64,000 bases of DNA from an uncultured Nitrospiraceae bacterium (GCA_947085205.1 CAMTVO010000020.1:1-64000), one strand, 5' to 3'; positions 1 to 8,919 are shown, counted from the first letter of the stretch. The notes: generated from the sequence alone by a model not told the origin. Translations and numbers: made by a program.

Positions 1-6
1 GAGTTT

Positions 7-143
7 GTCATTCCCACGAAAGTGGGAATCCAGGGTTTCCCGTGAAAACGGGAACCTAATTCCTTTGTATAGTTCCCCGCTTTTGCGGGGACAAGTCTGG
101 ATTCCCGTTTGCACGGGAATGACGACTTTTGCAAGAGCCTCTA
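7..143. repeat. REP-like palindrome doublet inside the right part of a probable MITE
   Basis: GTCATTCCCACGAAAGTGGGAATCC (7-31) faces GGATTCCCGTTTGCACGGGAATGAC (99-123); followed by GACTTTTGCAAGAGCCTC-TA (124-143), which resembles an IS/MITE terminal inverted repeat plus TA target. Left end is outside the window. Confidence 0.65.
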
Positions 144-155
144 AGTATTCCTCTG

Positions 156-187
156 AAAGGAAGGACTCGATTGAGTCCTTCCTTTTT
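156..187. terminator. intrinsic terminator-like hairpin
   Basis: AAAGGAAGGACTC-GATT-GAGTCCTTCCTTT, 13-bp perfect stem ending in a T run. Confidence 0.6.
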
Positions 188-335
188 CTGCCCCCTTTTA
201 CCCCTCCATAAAATCCATCACATCAACATGAAAATGCTTCGCTATCATTTTAAAATGCTTGTCGTGATGTAGCAATGAGCATCCAGAAGACAGACTCGGG
301 TTTGTTGTGTTAACTTAACAAAGACAAATACCTAA

Positions 336-448
336 ATTCCCCGATTAAGCATGCCCTCTGGATTCCCCGATTAAATCGGGGAATGACAAGGGGGTCGGGG
401 AATGACAAAATAGCGAATCAGTCATTCTCTGGCTTGACCAGAGAATCC
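336..448. repeat. nested REP-like palindromes
   Basis: ATTCCCCGATTAA[GCATGCCCTCT-GGATTCCCCGATTAAATCGGGGAATGAC-AAGGGGG]TCGGGGAATGAC, then GTCATTCTCTGGCTTGACCAGAGAATCC (421-448); the same units recur at 23563-23648. Confidence 0.75.
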
Positions 449-519
449 AGTTCCTTAAACTCAATGAACTGAACATGTCATCTATTGTCTGTTTTTGTCT
501 GTTCTCTGTTCACTGTTTT

Positions 520-1137
520 TCAGCTTCCCCATCTTTTAAACAACTCATGCTCCACTCCAAAACTGTCCAGTATCTTTCCAACTATAAAATTCACAATGTC
601 ATCCAGGTTTTTCGGCTTGTGATAAAACGCAGGAACTGGAGGCGCTATTTTAACGCCAATCCGCGCAAGCTTCAGCATGTTTTCAAGGTGTATTGCACTG
701 AAAGGCATTTCGCGTGGAGAAAGAAGAAGTGGTCTCCCTTCTTTTATAGTTACATCAGCAGCCCTCTCAATGAGATTGTTTGCGTATCCATTGGCAATGC
801 CGGAAAGGGTTTTCATGGAGCACGGCACTGCAAGCATTCCGTCTGTTTTAAACGAGCCGCTTGCAACAGGAGCGTACATCTGTTTGTCTTCATAAAAAAA
901 GAGCCTGTCGGTGTTAAAATGCTTTCTGATGATCTCTTCAGTTCTTAAACTCCGAACTCCGAACTCCGAACTCTCAACTTGGGGTGACCAGTCAAGGCCT
1001 GTCTCATCTTTAATTATTGAGAATGTATTTGCCGATATTGCAAGATGAACCTCTGCAACTTTAAGGAGTTCTTCGAGCAATCTCATGCCGAATATTGAAC
1101 CGCTTGCTCCGGTTATAGCAAGGATATATCTTTTCAT
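520..1137 (-). CDS. ubiX: flavin prenyltransferase UbiX
   Basis: N-terminal ILAITGASG, ASGSF, PCSMKTL, RAADVTIKEGR, PREMP and PPVPAFY motifs; start moved to ATG at 1137. Confidence 0.95.
   Translation of the reverse strand: MKRYILAITGASGSIFGMRLLEELLKVAEVHLAISANTFSIIKDETGLDWSPQVESSEFGVRSLRTEEIIRKHFNTDRLFFYEDKQMYAPVASGSFKTDGMLAVPCSMKTLSGIANGYANNLIERAADVTIKEGRPLLLSPREMPFSAIHLENMLKLARIGVKIAPPVPAFYHKPKNLDDIVNFIVGKILDSFGVEHELFKRWGS
948..975. repeat. heptamer tandem repeat (AACTCCG)x3 plus one degenerate unit, inside ubiX
   Basis: AACTCCG AACTCCG AACTCCG AACTCTC; encodes part of VESSEFGVRS. Confidence 0.85.
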
Positions 1138-1266
1138 GATTTTTATTATACTCCCACATTCAACCTTGAAGTGCAACACCGAAAGATGAAGCGACCTCAA
1201 ACGGTGTTTTGTAACCCAGACATTTTCTGGGTCTCTGGTTAATAAGAGACTCTATGCGAGTCATTC

Positions 1267-1311
1267 GGGTTTATTGTGTTTATTGTGTTTATCGGGTTTA
1301 TTGTGTTAACT
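1267..1311. repeat. 9-bp degenerate tandem repeat, 5 units
   Basis: GGGTTTATT GTGTTTATT GTGTTTATC GGGTTTATT GTGTTAACT; similar CGGGTTTGTTGTGTTAACT near 297-315. Confidence 0.7.
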
Positions 1312-2148
1312 CAATAACTTAACAGAGCAACTATATCCTTTCTTCGACTCTTCGAGATTATGAACCATCTCCGCGCCTATGAGGAATATGCATGAAGAAT
1401 AATATACCCACAGCAGGAATATCACGAAGGCTGAAAGAGGGCCGTAGATGGTTCCCAATTTTACGACCTTCACGACATAGAGCGTAAAGAGATGCTTTGC
1501 AGCCTCAAGAAAAACGGCTGTGAATAATGCGCCTGACAGTGCGTAATTAAGTCTTATCCGTTTTTTAGGCAGGAAGATATAAAGGGTAGTAACAGTAAGG
1601 AAAATAAGTATCAGCGGCACTATAAACCTTATCAAAAAGCCGGTTATTTTTCCGAGTTTCAGTCCCGGGAAAAATTCCTGAAGCGCTTTTAGCATGGGGG
1701 TTGCCGTTGTCATTCCGAAGGATGCGAGTATAAAGGCGATTATAAGAGTGATGATGAAAAGTGAGAGTATAAGGGAGACGATAAAAGACCTTTTAACCCT
1801 TGTCTTAAAAATGACATTTATTGCTGTTTCAAGCGATGAAAATAGCTGATACGACAATACAGCATAAAGGATTACGGTGAACTGGCCTATTCCTTTGTAG
1901 GATATTATCTTTCTAAGTTCATCGGTTATTTCGTATGTAATCTTAGGAAAAAAGCCCACAAGCTTTGATGTAAAGAACCTGAGCAGTTCTTCGTTTCCGC
2001 CGAGGAAGTGGCCGAATATGGTTACGAGCAGCAGGCAGAACGGGATAATGGCCATCATGGTAAAGTAAGAGATGGAGCCTGCGAGCATAAGCCCTCCGTC
2101 CCTGAAAAAATCCACAAAACCCCTTAATATTGCCGTTATATATCGCAT
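1306..2148 (-). CDS. YihY/BrkB (virulence factor BrkB family) inner membrane protein
   Basis: LAGSISYF near the N-terminus, about 6 TM segments, YGPLSAFVIFLLWVYYSSCIFLIGAE C-terminal signature. Confidence 0.9.
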   Translation of the reverse strand: MRYITAILRGFVDFFRDGGLMLAGSISYFTMMAIIPFCLLLVTIFGHFLGGNEELLRFFTSKLVGFFPKITYEITDELRKIISYKGIGQFTVILYAVLSYQLFSSLETAINVIFKTRVKRSFIVSLILSLFIITLIIAFILASFGMTTATPMLKALQEFFPGLKLGKITGFLIRFIVPLILIFLTVTTLYIFLPKKRIRLNYALSGALFTAVFLEAAKHLFTLYVVKVVKLGTIYGPLSAFVIFLLWVYYSSCIFLIGAEMVHNLEESKKGYSCSVKLLS

Positions 2149-2382
2149 AATTCAAAATACCTTGCCAATCTTAACTACACGAGTTATGCACCGTTTACCT
2201 TTTCAGCATGGCAAATCGTTAATTATATTACACCATCTGTGAAAGTATACGCATTGAGCGGTTGGCTTGAAGCAAGTATGTATATACCGTCTAAAAAAAC
2301 TATACAGCAAACCCTGTTGTCAATAAACCAAGTATTTTCAAGGTCTGCAGGCCATTAACCGCATCAAAACCGTCACCGGACT

Positions 2383-2403
2383 GTGTATTTAAAAAATATA
2401 CAC
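2383..2403. promoter_or_regulatory. candidate upstream activator site (inverted repeat)
   Basis: GTGTAT-N9-ATACAC; related TGTATA-N16-TATACA at 2279-2306; both upstream of a sigma54 motif. Confidence 0.4.
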
Positions 2404-2452
2404 TTTTTTGCGTCCATAGGTGTAAAATAGTGTGGATTAAGGCTTTTATTTC

Positions 2453-2468
2453 TGGCATCGATATTGCA
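2453..2468 (+). promoter_or_regulatory. sigma54 (RpoN) -24/-12 promoter
   Basis: TGGCATCGATATTGCA gives exact GG-N10-GC spacing, 35 nt upstream of the ATG at 2503. Confidence 0.75.
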
Positions 2469-2502
2469 TATATCTAATTACAATTTTAGAAAGGGGGGCG
2501 TT

Positions 2503-3267
2503 ATGGAGAAGCAGCGGATACTGGTTGTTGACGATGACCCTGTTATATGCCTTAGCTGTAAGAGGATACTGGGTGCAGAGGGGTTTACGGTATTTACTGT
2601 AGAGGACGGAGAAGGAGCCATTGAGAAGATCTCAAGGGAGGAGTTCGACCTTGTGATAACCGACATAAGGCTTCCTGATATTTACGGGCTCACTGTTGTG
2701 CAGGAGGCAAAGACTATACAGCCTAAGGCTGATGTTGTGGTTATTACAGGCTATCCTTCTCTGGAGGATGCAAAGGAATCCATAAGGCTTGGCGCCTTTG
2801 AATACCTTGAAAAGCCTTTTACGCCTGACTTTATGATGAATGTTGCTAAAAAGGTCTTTGATAAAAAGGGTTGGATACTGAGGAAGGCATATATTGACCA
2901 GTTCAGGGATTATGTCATCCCTGCATCGGCGATGGATAACCTTACTGTTTATTACAAAGATGGGACATGGGCGCGGCCTATGAAAGACGGTGCGTGGGAG
3001 ATAGGTGTGGATGTGAGGCACTTTCTTGTCAGCGGACAACTGCTTTATGTGGACATGCTGAGGGATATAAAAGCTGTTGTTACAGGAGAGCCTTTTGCAA
3101 GATTGCTCTCAGGCGACGGGAATATTTATGACATAAAGTCTCCGATGACAGGAGTTGTGAAAGAGGTTAATGGGCATGCCAATGATGCTATATGTTCCCT
3201 GTTAAAAGACCATCTTTCTGAAGGCTGGTTTTTATGGCTTGTTAAGATAAATCCAATAAATGCATAA
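2503..3267 (+). CDS. response regulator receiver domain fused to a GcvH-like (lipoyl-carrier fold) domain
   Basis: REC motifs ILVVDDD, DLVITD, ITGY, YLEKPF; C-terminal HTW-like GTWAR...EIGVD...SPMTGVVKEVN...EGW; RBS AAGGGGG before ATG 2503. Confidence 0.8.
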   Translation: MEKQRILVVDDDPVICLSCKRILGAEGFTVFTVEDGEGAIEKISREEFDLVITDIRLPDIYGLTVVQEAKTIQPKADVVVITGYPSLEDAKESIRLGAFEYLEKPFTPDFMMNVAKKVFDKKGWILRKAYIDQFRDYVIPASAMDNLTVYYKDGTWARPMKDGAWEIGVDVRHFLVSGQLLYVDMLRDIKAVVTGEPFARLLSGDGNIYDIKSPMTGVVKEVNGHANDAICSLLKDHLSEGWFLWLVKINPINA

Positions 3268-3279
3268 GGAGGATAAGGG

Positions 3280-4137
3280 ATGAAGGGGAATATCCTTGTG
3301 GTTGACGACGAACAGATTGTTCTTAGGAGCTGTGATAGGATTCTGTCTCCTGAGGGTTACAGGGTTGATACTGCAACTTCTGCAAGAGACGCCCTGTCTT
3401 TACTCGACAGGAGTTTATACGACCTTATAATTACCGACATCAAGATGCCGGAGATGGACGGCATAGAATTCATGAGACAGGTTAGAGCAAAGAGTCCTGA
3501 CATTAATATAGTAGTTATAACAGGCTACCCATCGCAGGAAAGCATAAAAGAGGCATTGAGCTTCAGAATCATAGATTATCTTCCCAAGCCGTTTTCGCCG
3601 ACCCATCTGTTAGAAGTGACAAACAATGCTGTCGAACTAAAGAAAAAGGGTGTTGTGCCTGAGCCTCAGGTCGAGGACTATACAGAAGATGTGGCGACAA
3701 GACTCGACGAAGTCATAAGCAGGTATAGGTACAAGCCCGGAAGCCTGATACCGGCGCTTCAGGAAGCACAGGAACTCGTCGGCTATCTGCCGCCTGTTGT
3801 TCAGAGGCATATATCAAAAGGCTTGAGGATACCGGTAAGCGAGGTTCACGGGGTTGTCTCATTTTATTCATTCTTCACAATGAAGCCGAAAGGCAAGCAT
3901 AACATCAGGGTATGTCTCGGAACAGCATGTTATGTCAAAGGCGCGGAAGAGATAGTGAAAAAATTCAGCGATGGCCTTAAGGTCGATGTCGGCGGGATAA
4001 CTACTGACAAGAAGTTCTCCCTCGAGACAGTTAGATGTCTCGGCGCATGCGGACTTGCGCCGGTTGTCGTGGTGGATAAAGAGACGCATGGCTCTGTCAA
4101 TCCGGTTAAGACACTGGAACTTTTAAGGGAATACTAA
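3280..4137 (+). CDS. receiver domain fused to NuoE/HndA/HydC-like [2Fe-2S] subunit
   Basis: REC motifs ILVVDDE, DLIITDIKMP, YLPKPF; then LIPALQEAQELVGYL, VVSFYSFF, CLGTAC...CLGAC. Confidence 0.9.
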   Translation: MKGNILVVDDEQIVLRSCDRILSPEGYRVDTATSARDALSLLDRSLYDLIITDIKMPEMDGIEFMRQVRAKSPDINIVVITGYPSQESIKEALSFRIIDYLPKPFSPTHLLEVTNNAVELKKKGVVPEPQVEDYTEDVATRLDEVISRYRYKPGSLIPALQEAQELVGYLPPVVQRHISKGLRIPVSEVHGVVSFYSFFTMKPKGKHNIRVCLGTACYVKGAEEIVKKFSDGLKVDVGGITTDKKFSLETVRCLGACGLAPVVVVDKETHGSVNPVKTLELLREY

Positions 4138-4170
4138 TAGAGCGTTTATACATAAAATCAGGAGGAAGGT

Positions 4171-4554
4171 ATGCCCAGATTAACAGTTGACGATTTAAAA
4201 AAGATTAAGGAAGATTATAAGTCAACCCTTGCATTGCGGGAGGGCGGCTACAGGGCTAAGATAACGGTTCACATGGGCACATGCGGCATTGCAGCCGGCG
4301 CGAGAAAGGTGATGGAGGCGCTTCTTGATGAGCTGAATAAAAACAACGTTAAGGATGTTATTGCGACCACATCAGGATGCGCGGGGCTATGCAGCAAAGA
4401 GCCGATGGCAACTGTCGAGATAATCAATGAAGCTCCCGTGAAATACGTCTATCTAAACGATGACAAGATGAGGAAAATATTTAAAGAGCATGTGATGTCC
4501 GGCAAGGCTGTAGAAGACTATGCCCTTGTTATAGGCAGCGAAACAGCATATTAG
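4171..4554 (+). CDS. HndB-like thioredoxin-fold [2Fe-2S] ferredoxin subunit
   Basis: VHMGTCGIAAGA...SGCAGLCSKEP; lies between NuoE-like and NuoF-like genes. Confidence 0.85.
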   Translation: MPRLTVDDLKKIKEDYKSTLALREGGYRAKITVHMGTCGIAAGARKVMEALLDELNKNNVKDVIATTSGCAGLCSKEPMATVEIINEAPVKYVYLNDDKMRKIFKEHVMSGKAVEDYALVIGSETAY

Positions 4555-4562
4555 GAGGAGAC

Positions 4563-6446
4563 ATGGAAAGGTATCGTGCAAGTGTTATGTTATGCGGCGG
4601 CACTGGTTGTATAGCCGGAGGGAGTTTAAAGGTAAAGAATGCACTTGATGAAGAAATCAAAAATAGAGGCCTTGAAAATGAAATAAATGCTGTACTTACA
4701 GGGTGCAACGGCTTCTGCGCACAGGGCCCTGTGATGACTGTTTATCCAGACGACATATTTTATGAGAAGGTTACTGTAAAGGATATACCCGTCATTGTTG
4801 AAGAACACTTCATTAAAGGAAAGCCTGTTGAGCGGCTAATGTATAAAGAGCCGTTCAAGAAGCAGACAATACCTCTGATGAGGGATATCCCGTTCTTCAG
4901 TCTTCAGGTACTCAGGGCATTGAGGAACAAGGGACTCGTAGACCCGGAAAAGATAGAGGAGTACATTGCAAGGGACGGTTATCAGGCTGCTGCAAAGGCG
5001 CTTACAGAGATAACGCCGGAACAGATAATAAATGAGGTCAAGAAATCAGGTCTCCGCGGCAGGGGCGGCGCAGGATTTCCGACAGGGCTTAAATGGGAAT
5101 TCTGTTCAAAGGTTAAGGGAGACCAGAAATATATCCTGTGTAACGGAGACGAGGGAGACCCGGGCGCATTCATGGACAGAAGCATTATGGAGGCCGACCC
5201 CCATGTCGTCCTTGAAGGAATGATTATAGGCGCAAAGGCAATAGGAGCAAACAAAGGCTACATATACGTCAGGGCAGAGTATCCCCTGGCAGTCCACAGA
5301 TTGCAACTTGCCATAAATCAGGCAAAGGAATACGGTCTTTTGGGAGAAAATATCCTCGGCGCAGGATTTAATCTCGACATCGAGATATATCAGGGCGCAG
5401 GCGCATTTGTCTGCGGCGAAGAGACAGCCCTAATGAGGTCTATCGAAGGCAAGAGGGGAATGCCGAGGCCGAGGCCGCCATTCCCTGCACAGAAAGGGCT
5501 ATGGGATAAGCCTACTGTGCTCAACAATGTCGAGACTTATGCAAATATCCCACAGATAATATTGAACGGCAGCGAGTGGTACAAAAGTCTCGGCACTGAA
5601 AAATCTACAGGGACAAAGGTCTTTGCCCTTAGCGGTGCAATTAACAATATAGGATTAATCGAAGTGCCTATGGGAATTCCGCTCAGAAAGATAATATTCG
5701 ACATCGGCGGAGGCATACCTAAAGGCAGGAAGTTCAAGGCAGTGCAGTTAGGAGGGCCTTCCGGAGGATGTATCCCCGAGCATTTACTCGATACGCCTGT
5801 TACATACGAAGACATCGTCCAGACAGGAGCGATTGTAGGTTCAGGCGGAATGGTCGTTATGAATGACCTCAACTGCATGGTCAGCGTCGCAAAGTTCTTC
5901 CTCGAATTTACCGCCGAAGAGTCGTGCGGAAAATGCCCTCCTTGCAGGATCGGCACAACAGTAATGCTCGACATGCTGACTAACATAACCAAAGGAAGGG
6001 GCAAGGAAGGCGACATGGAGCTTCTTCAGGATATGTCCAGAGACATCATAGCCACATCACTCTGCGGCCTGGGACAGACAGCGCCTAATCCTGTCCTTAC
6101 AACAATCAAGCATTTCAGGGACGAGTACGAATCACACATAAAAGAGGGCTGGTGCAAGACAGGCGTATGCAAAGACCTCTGCACATTCTACATCGATGAA
6201 AAGAAGTGCAAGGCATGCGGGGTATGCAAGAGGGTATGTCCTGAGAATGCAATATCAGGAAAAAAGAAAGTGCCGCACCGCATTAAGCAGGAACTCTGCA
6301 TACAGTGCCGCTCATGCTACGAGGCATGTAAGTTCGATTCCGTAAAGATAGGGCCGAGGAGCATGAGGGAAAAGCTCATGGAAAAAACGGATCAGGAAGC
6401 GCTCAAAGAGATTCAAATAACGGCTATGGCAGGGAAGGAGGAGTAA
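4563..6446 (+). CDS. NuoF/HndC/HydB-like FMN- and NAD(P)H-binding subunit
   Basis: N-terminal 2Fe-2S (CGGTGC, GCNGFC), SGLRGRGGAGFPTG, GDEGDPGAFMDR, GAGAFVCGEETAL, SCGKCPPCRIG and two C-terminal 4Fe-4S motifs. Confidence 0.93.
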   Translation: MERYRASVMLCGGTGCIAGGSLKVKNALDEEIKNRGLENEINAVLTGCNGFCAQGPVMTVYPDDIFYEKVTVKDIPVIVEEHFIKGKPVERLMYKEPFKKQTIPLMRDIPFFSLQVLRALRNKGLVDPEKIEEYIARDGYQAAAKALTEITPEQIINEVKKSGLRGRGGAGFPTGLKWEFCSKVKGDQKYILCNGDEGDPGAFMDRSIMEADPHVVLEGMIIGAKAIGANKGYIYVRAEYPLAVHRLQLAINQAKEYGLLGENILGAGFNLDIEIYQGAGAFVCGEETALMRSIEGKRGMPRPRPPFPAQKGLWDKPTVLNNVETYANIPQIILNGSEWYKSLGTEKSTGTKVFALSGAINNIGLIEVPMGIPLRKIIFDIGGGIPKGRKFKAVQLGGPSGGCIPEHLLDTPVTYEDIVQTGAIVGSGGMVVMNDLNCMVSVAKFFLEFTAEESCGKCPPCRIGTTVMLDMLTNITKGRGKEGDMELLQDMSRDIIATSLCGLGQTAPNPVLTTIKHFRDEYESHIKEGWCKTGVCKDLCTFYIDEKKCKACGVCKRVCPENAISGKKKVPHRIKQELCIQCRSCYEACKFDSVKIGPRSMREKLMEKTDQEALKEIQITAMAGKEE

Positions 6447-6449
6447 GAA

Positions 6450-8918
6450 ATGCCAAAAGATATAATAATAGAGCTTACGATAAACGGAAAGACTATAAAG
6501 GCTGAGCCGGGAACTACAATACTTCAGGCAGCCCGGAAAAACGATATTTATATACCGAACATGTGTTATGACAAGAGGCTGAAGCCTTACGGCGGCTGCA
6601 GGCTTTGCGTTGTCGAGGTCGAAGGGCAGCCGAGGCTCTTTGCTGCATGTTCAACGCCTGTGGCAGAAGGAATGGCTGTCCAGACAGAGACGCCGAAACT
6701 GACAAAGGCAAGAAGGCTTGTCCTTGAGCTCCTCCTTGTCCATCATCCCCTTGACTGTCCTGTATGCGACAAGGCAGGCGAGTGTGACCTTCAGGACCTT
6801 GCCTTTAAATACGGGCCGTCCCAGAGCAGGTTTTTTGCTGAAAGAAAGCACGACCCGGAGAGGATTGATGCGCCCATTGTCGAAAGAAATCCGAACAGAT
6901 GTATTTTGTGCGGAAAGTGCGTGAGGGTTTGTGGCGAGCATCAAGGTGTTGGCGCAATAAACCTCATAGGAAGGGGCTTCAAAACTAAGGTGAGCCCTGC
7001 ATTTGAAGAGACTTTAAACTGCGAGTTCTGCGGCCAGTGCATAGACGCATGCCCTGTAGGATCTCTTGGAGCAAAACCTTACAGGTTCCGTTCAAGGGTA
7101 TGGTATATGGACGAATACGAGACCATCTGTCCTTATTGCGGATGCGGATGTACAACGAATGTAAGCATCAGGGAAGGAAGGATAATCAGGGCAAGGGGGA
7201 AAGAGGATGTAGGGATAAATGAAGGAAACCTCTGCAGCAAGGGCAGGTTCGGCTTTGATTATATATATTCAGAAAACAGGCTCACAACTCCGATGATTAA
7301 AAAGAACGGCACACTGGTGCCTGCATCGTGGGAAGAGGCGCTTGAGTATGTCGCAAAGAGGCTCGAATCCGTAAAGGAGCAGTACGGGGCATCGGCTATC
7401 GGCGCCATAGGTTCGCAGAGGTGCACAATGGAAGACAACTATATGCTCCAGAAGTTCATGAGAGAAGTTATAGTCACCGATAACATAGACTCTGCAGCAA
7501 GATTTGGCTATGCAAAGGCGCAAAAGGCCATGCAAAAGGCATTCGGTGCAGACTCCATGCCGATAAAGTGGAAGTCGCCTCTTGATGCTGATTTTATGCT
7601 GGTGGTGGAATCAGACATAACATCGACCCTCCCTGTATGGGGATTGAATTTCATCAAGGCAAGGAATGACGGTGCAAATCTTGTAGTTGCAGATGCAAAA
7701 GAGACAAAGCTTGCAAGAAACAGCACCAAGTGGCTGAGGATAAAACCCGGCTCGGGCACGGTCCTTTTAAACGGAATCGCAAAGGTTATTATCGACGAAG
7801 GGCTATACAATAAGGATAAAGCAGCGTCAATACCGAACTTCGATTCGCTTGTCAGCGGCCTGAAGGAATTTACAATATCGGCTGTATCAAAGATTACCGA
7901 CGTTCCTGAGGCCGAGGTTGTGAACCTTGCAAAGTCTTACGCCTCTTCTCAAAAACGCCTTATAGCCCTCACCTCAAACGCTTCGGAAAATACAAAGAGC
8001 ATAAATACGCTCCTTGCTGCTGCAAACCTCGCCCTGCTTATGGGTGACGGCCCTGACACCATCCAGATACCTGCCGAGTTTTCAAATACCCTCGGCATGT
8101 GGATGGTTGGCGTCAGACCGCTCTCAGACGGAAAGGATGTCTATCAGATGTTTTATGAATCAGGCAATATAAAGGCCCTCTACATAATGGGTGAGAATCC
8201 ACTTATAACATTTCAGGATGCATCAAAGGTTGAAAAGACACTGAAAGGTTTTGAACTGCTCATAGTTCAGGATATATTCCTTACCGAAACAGCAAAGCTT
8301 GCTGATGTTGTCCTCCCTGCATGCAGTTGGGCTGAGAAGGAAGGGACATTTATGGCAGCCACCGGCAATATTCAGAAAATACCGAAACTCATATCCGAGA
8401 CGGGCCAGTCCATTCCTGACTGGAAGATATTCAGGAATCTTGCGAGGGTTATGAACAAAGACCTCGGATTGAAAGAACTCATGGGTATAAAGGCATCAAT
8501 CGCTGATATTGTTGTTGCGGAAGAGACAAAGGAGATTTATCCATCATTTAATCCTGTCTCTTACGAGGTAATGGAGAGCGTGAGCGATGAGTATCCGATG
8601 TTCCTCGTTACTGCAAACATCCTGCAGCACTCAGGAGCGCTTTCAGTGCTCTCGAAAAACCTCGACTCCGTTGTCTCAGATGCATACCTTCAAATAAACA
8701 TACGGGATGCTAAGAAACATGATATCCACAACGAAGCCTTTGTGAAGGTTAAATCCAAGAGAGGAGAGGTCTATCTAAAGGCGATGCTTTCTGACGAGGT
8801 TCCTGAAGGAACAGTGTTTGCGCCTCTTCATTTTGCCCATGCAAAGATTAATACGCTGACATATCCTTCTGTAAACGGAGGCCTGCCTCTTGTAGCAGTA
8901 AAAATAGAGGCAGCGTAA
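6450..8918 (+). CDS. NuoG/FdhA-like multi Fe-S molybdopterin-oxidoreductase-fold subunit
   Basis: GGCRLC 2Fe-2S, HPLDCPVCDKAGEC, CILCGKC and CEFCGQC, CPYCGCGC...LCSKG, TETAKLADVVLPA...EKEGT; the active-site ARxC/UH position reads ARFGY. Confidence 0.88.
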   Translation: MPKDIIIELTINGKTIKAEPGTTILQAARKNDIYIPNMCYDKRLKPYGGCRLCVVEVEGQPRLFAACSTPVAEGMAVQTETPKLTKARRLVLELLLVHHPLDCPVCDKAGECDLQDLAFKYGPSQSRFFAERKHDPERIDAPIVERNPNRCILCGKCVRVCGEHQGVGAINLIGRGFKTKVSPAFEETLNCEFCGQCIDACPVGSLGAKPYRFRSRVWYMDEYETICPYCGCGCTTNVSIREGRIIRARGKEDVGINEGNLCSKGRFGFDYIYSENRLTTPMIKKNGTLVPASWEEALEYVAKRLESVKEQYGASAIGAIGSQRCTMEDNYMLQKFMREVIVTDNIDSAARFGYAKAQKAMQKAFGADSMPIKWKSPLDADFMLVVESDITSTLPVWGLNFIKARNDGANLVVADAKETKLARNSTKWLRIKPGSGTVLLNGIAKVIIDEGLYNKDKAASIPNFDSLVSGLKEFTISAVSKITDVPEAEVVNLAKSYASSQKRLIALTSNASENTKSINTLLAAANLALLMGDGPDTIQIPAEFSNTLGMWMVGVRPLSDGKDVYQMFYESGNIKALYIMGENPLITFQDASKVEKTLKGFELLIVQDIFLTETAKLADVVLPACSWAEKEGTFMAATGNIQKIPKLISETGQSIPDWKIFRNLARVMNKDLGLKELMGIKASIADIVVAEETKEIYPSFNPVSYEVMESVSDEYPMFLVTANILQHSGALSVLSKNLDSVVSDAYLQINIRDAKKHDIHNEAFVKVKSKRGEVYLKAMLSDEVPEGTVFAPLHFAHAKINTLTYPSVNGGLPLVAVKIEAA

Positions 8919-8919
8919 G

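Noticed and set aside
5..211. 68-aa ORF
   Set aside because: It is a translation of REP/MITE palindromes and a terminator hairpin; no RBS or protein motif.
475..948. 157-aa + strand ORF
   Set aside because: Antisense shadow of ubiX.
6450..8918. Selenocysteine formate dehydrogenase or [FeFe]-hydrogenase catalytic subunit
   Set aside because: No in-frame TGA, no Cys at the Mo-ligand position and no H-cluster motifs.
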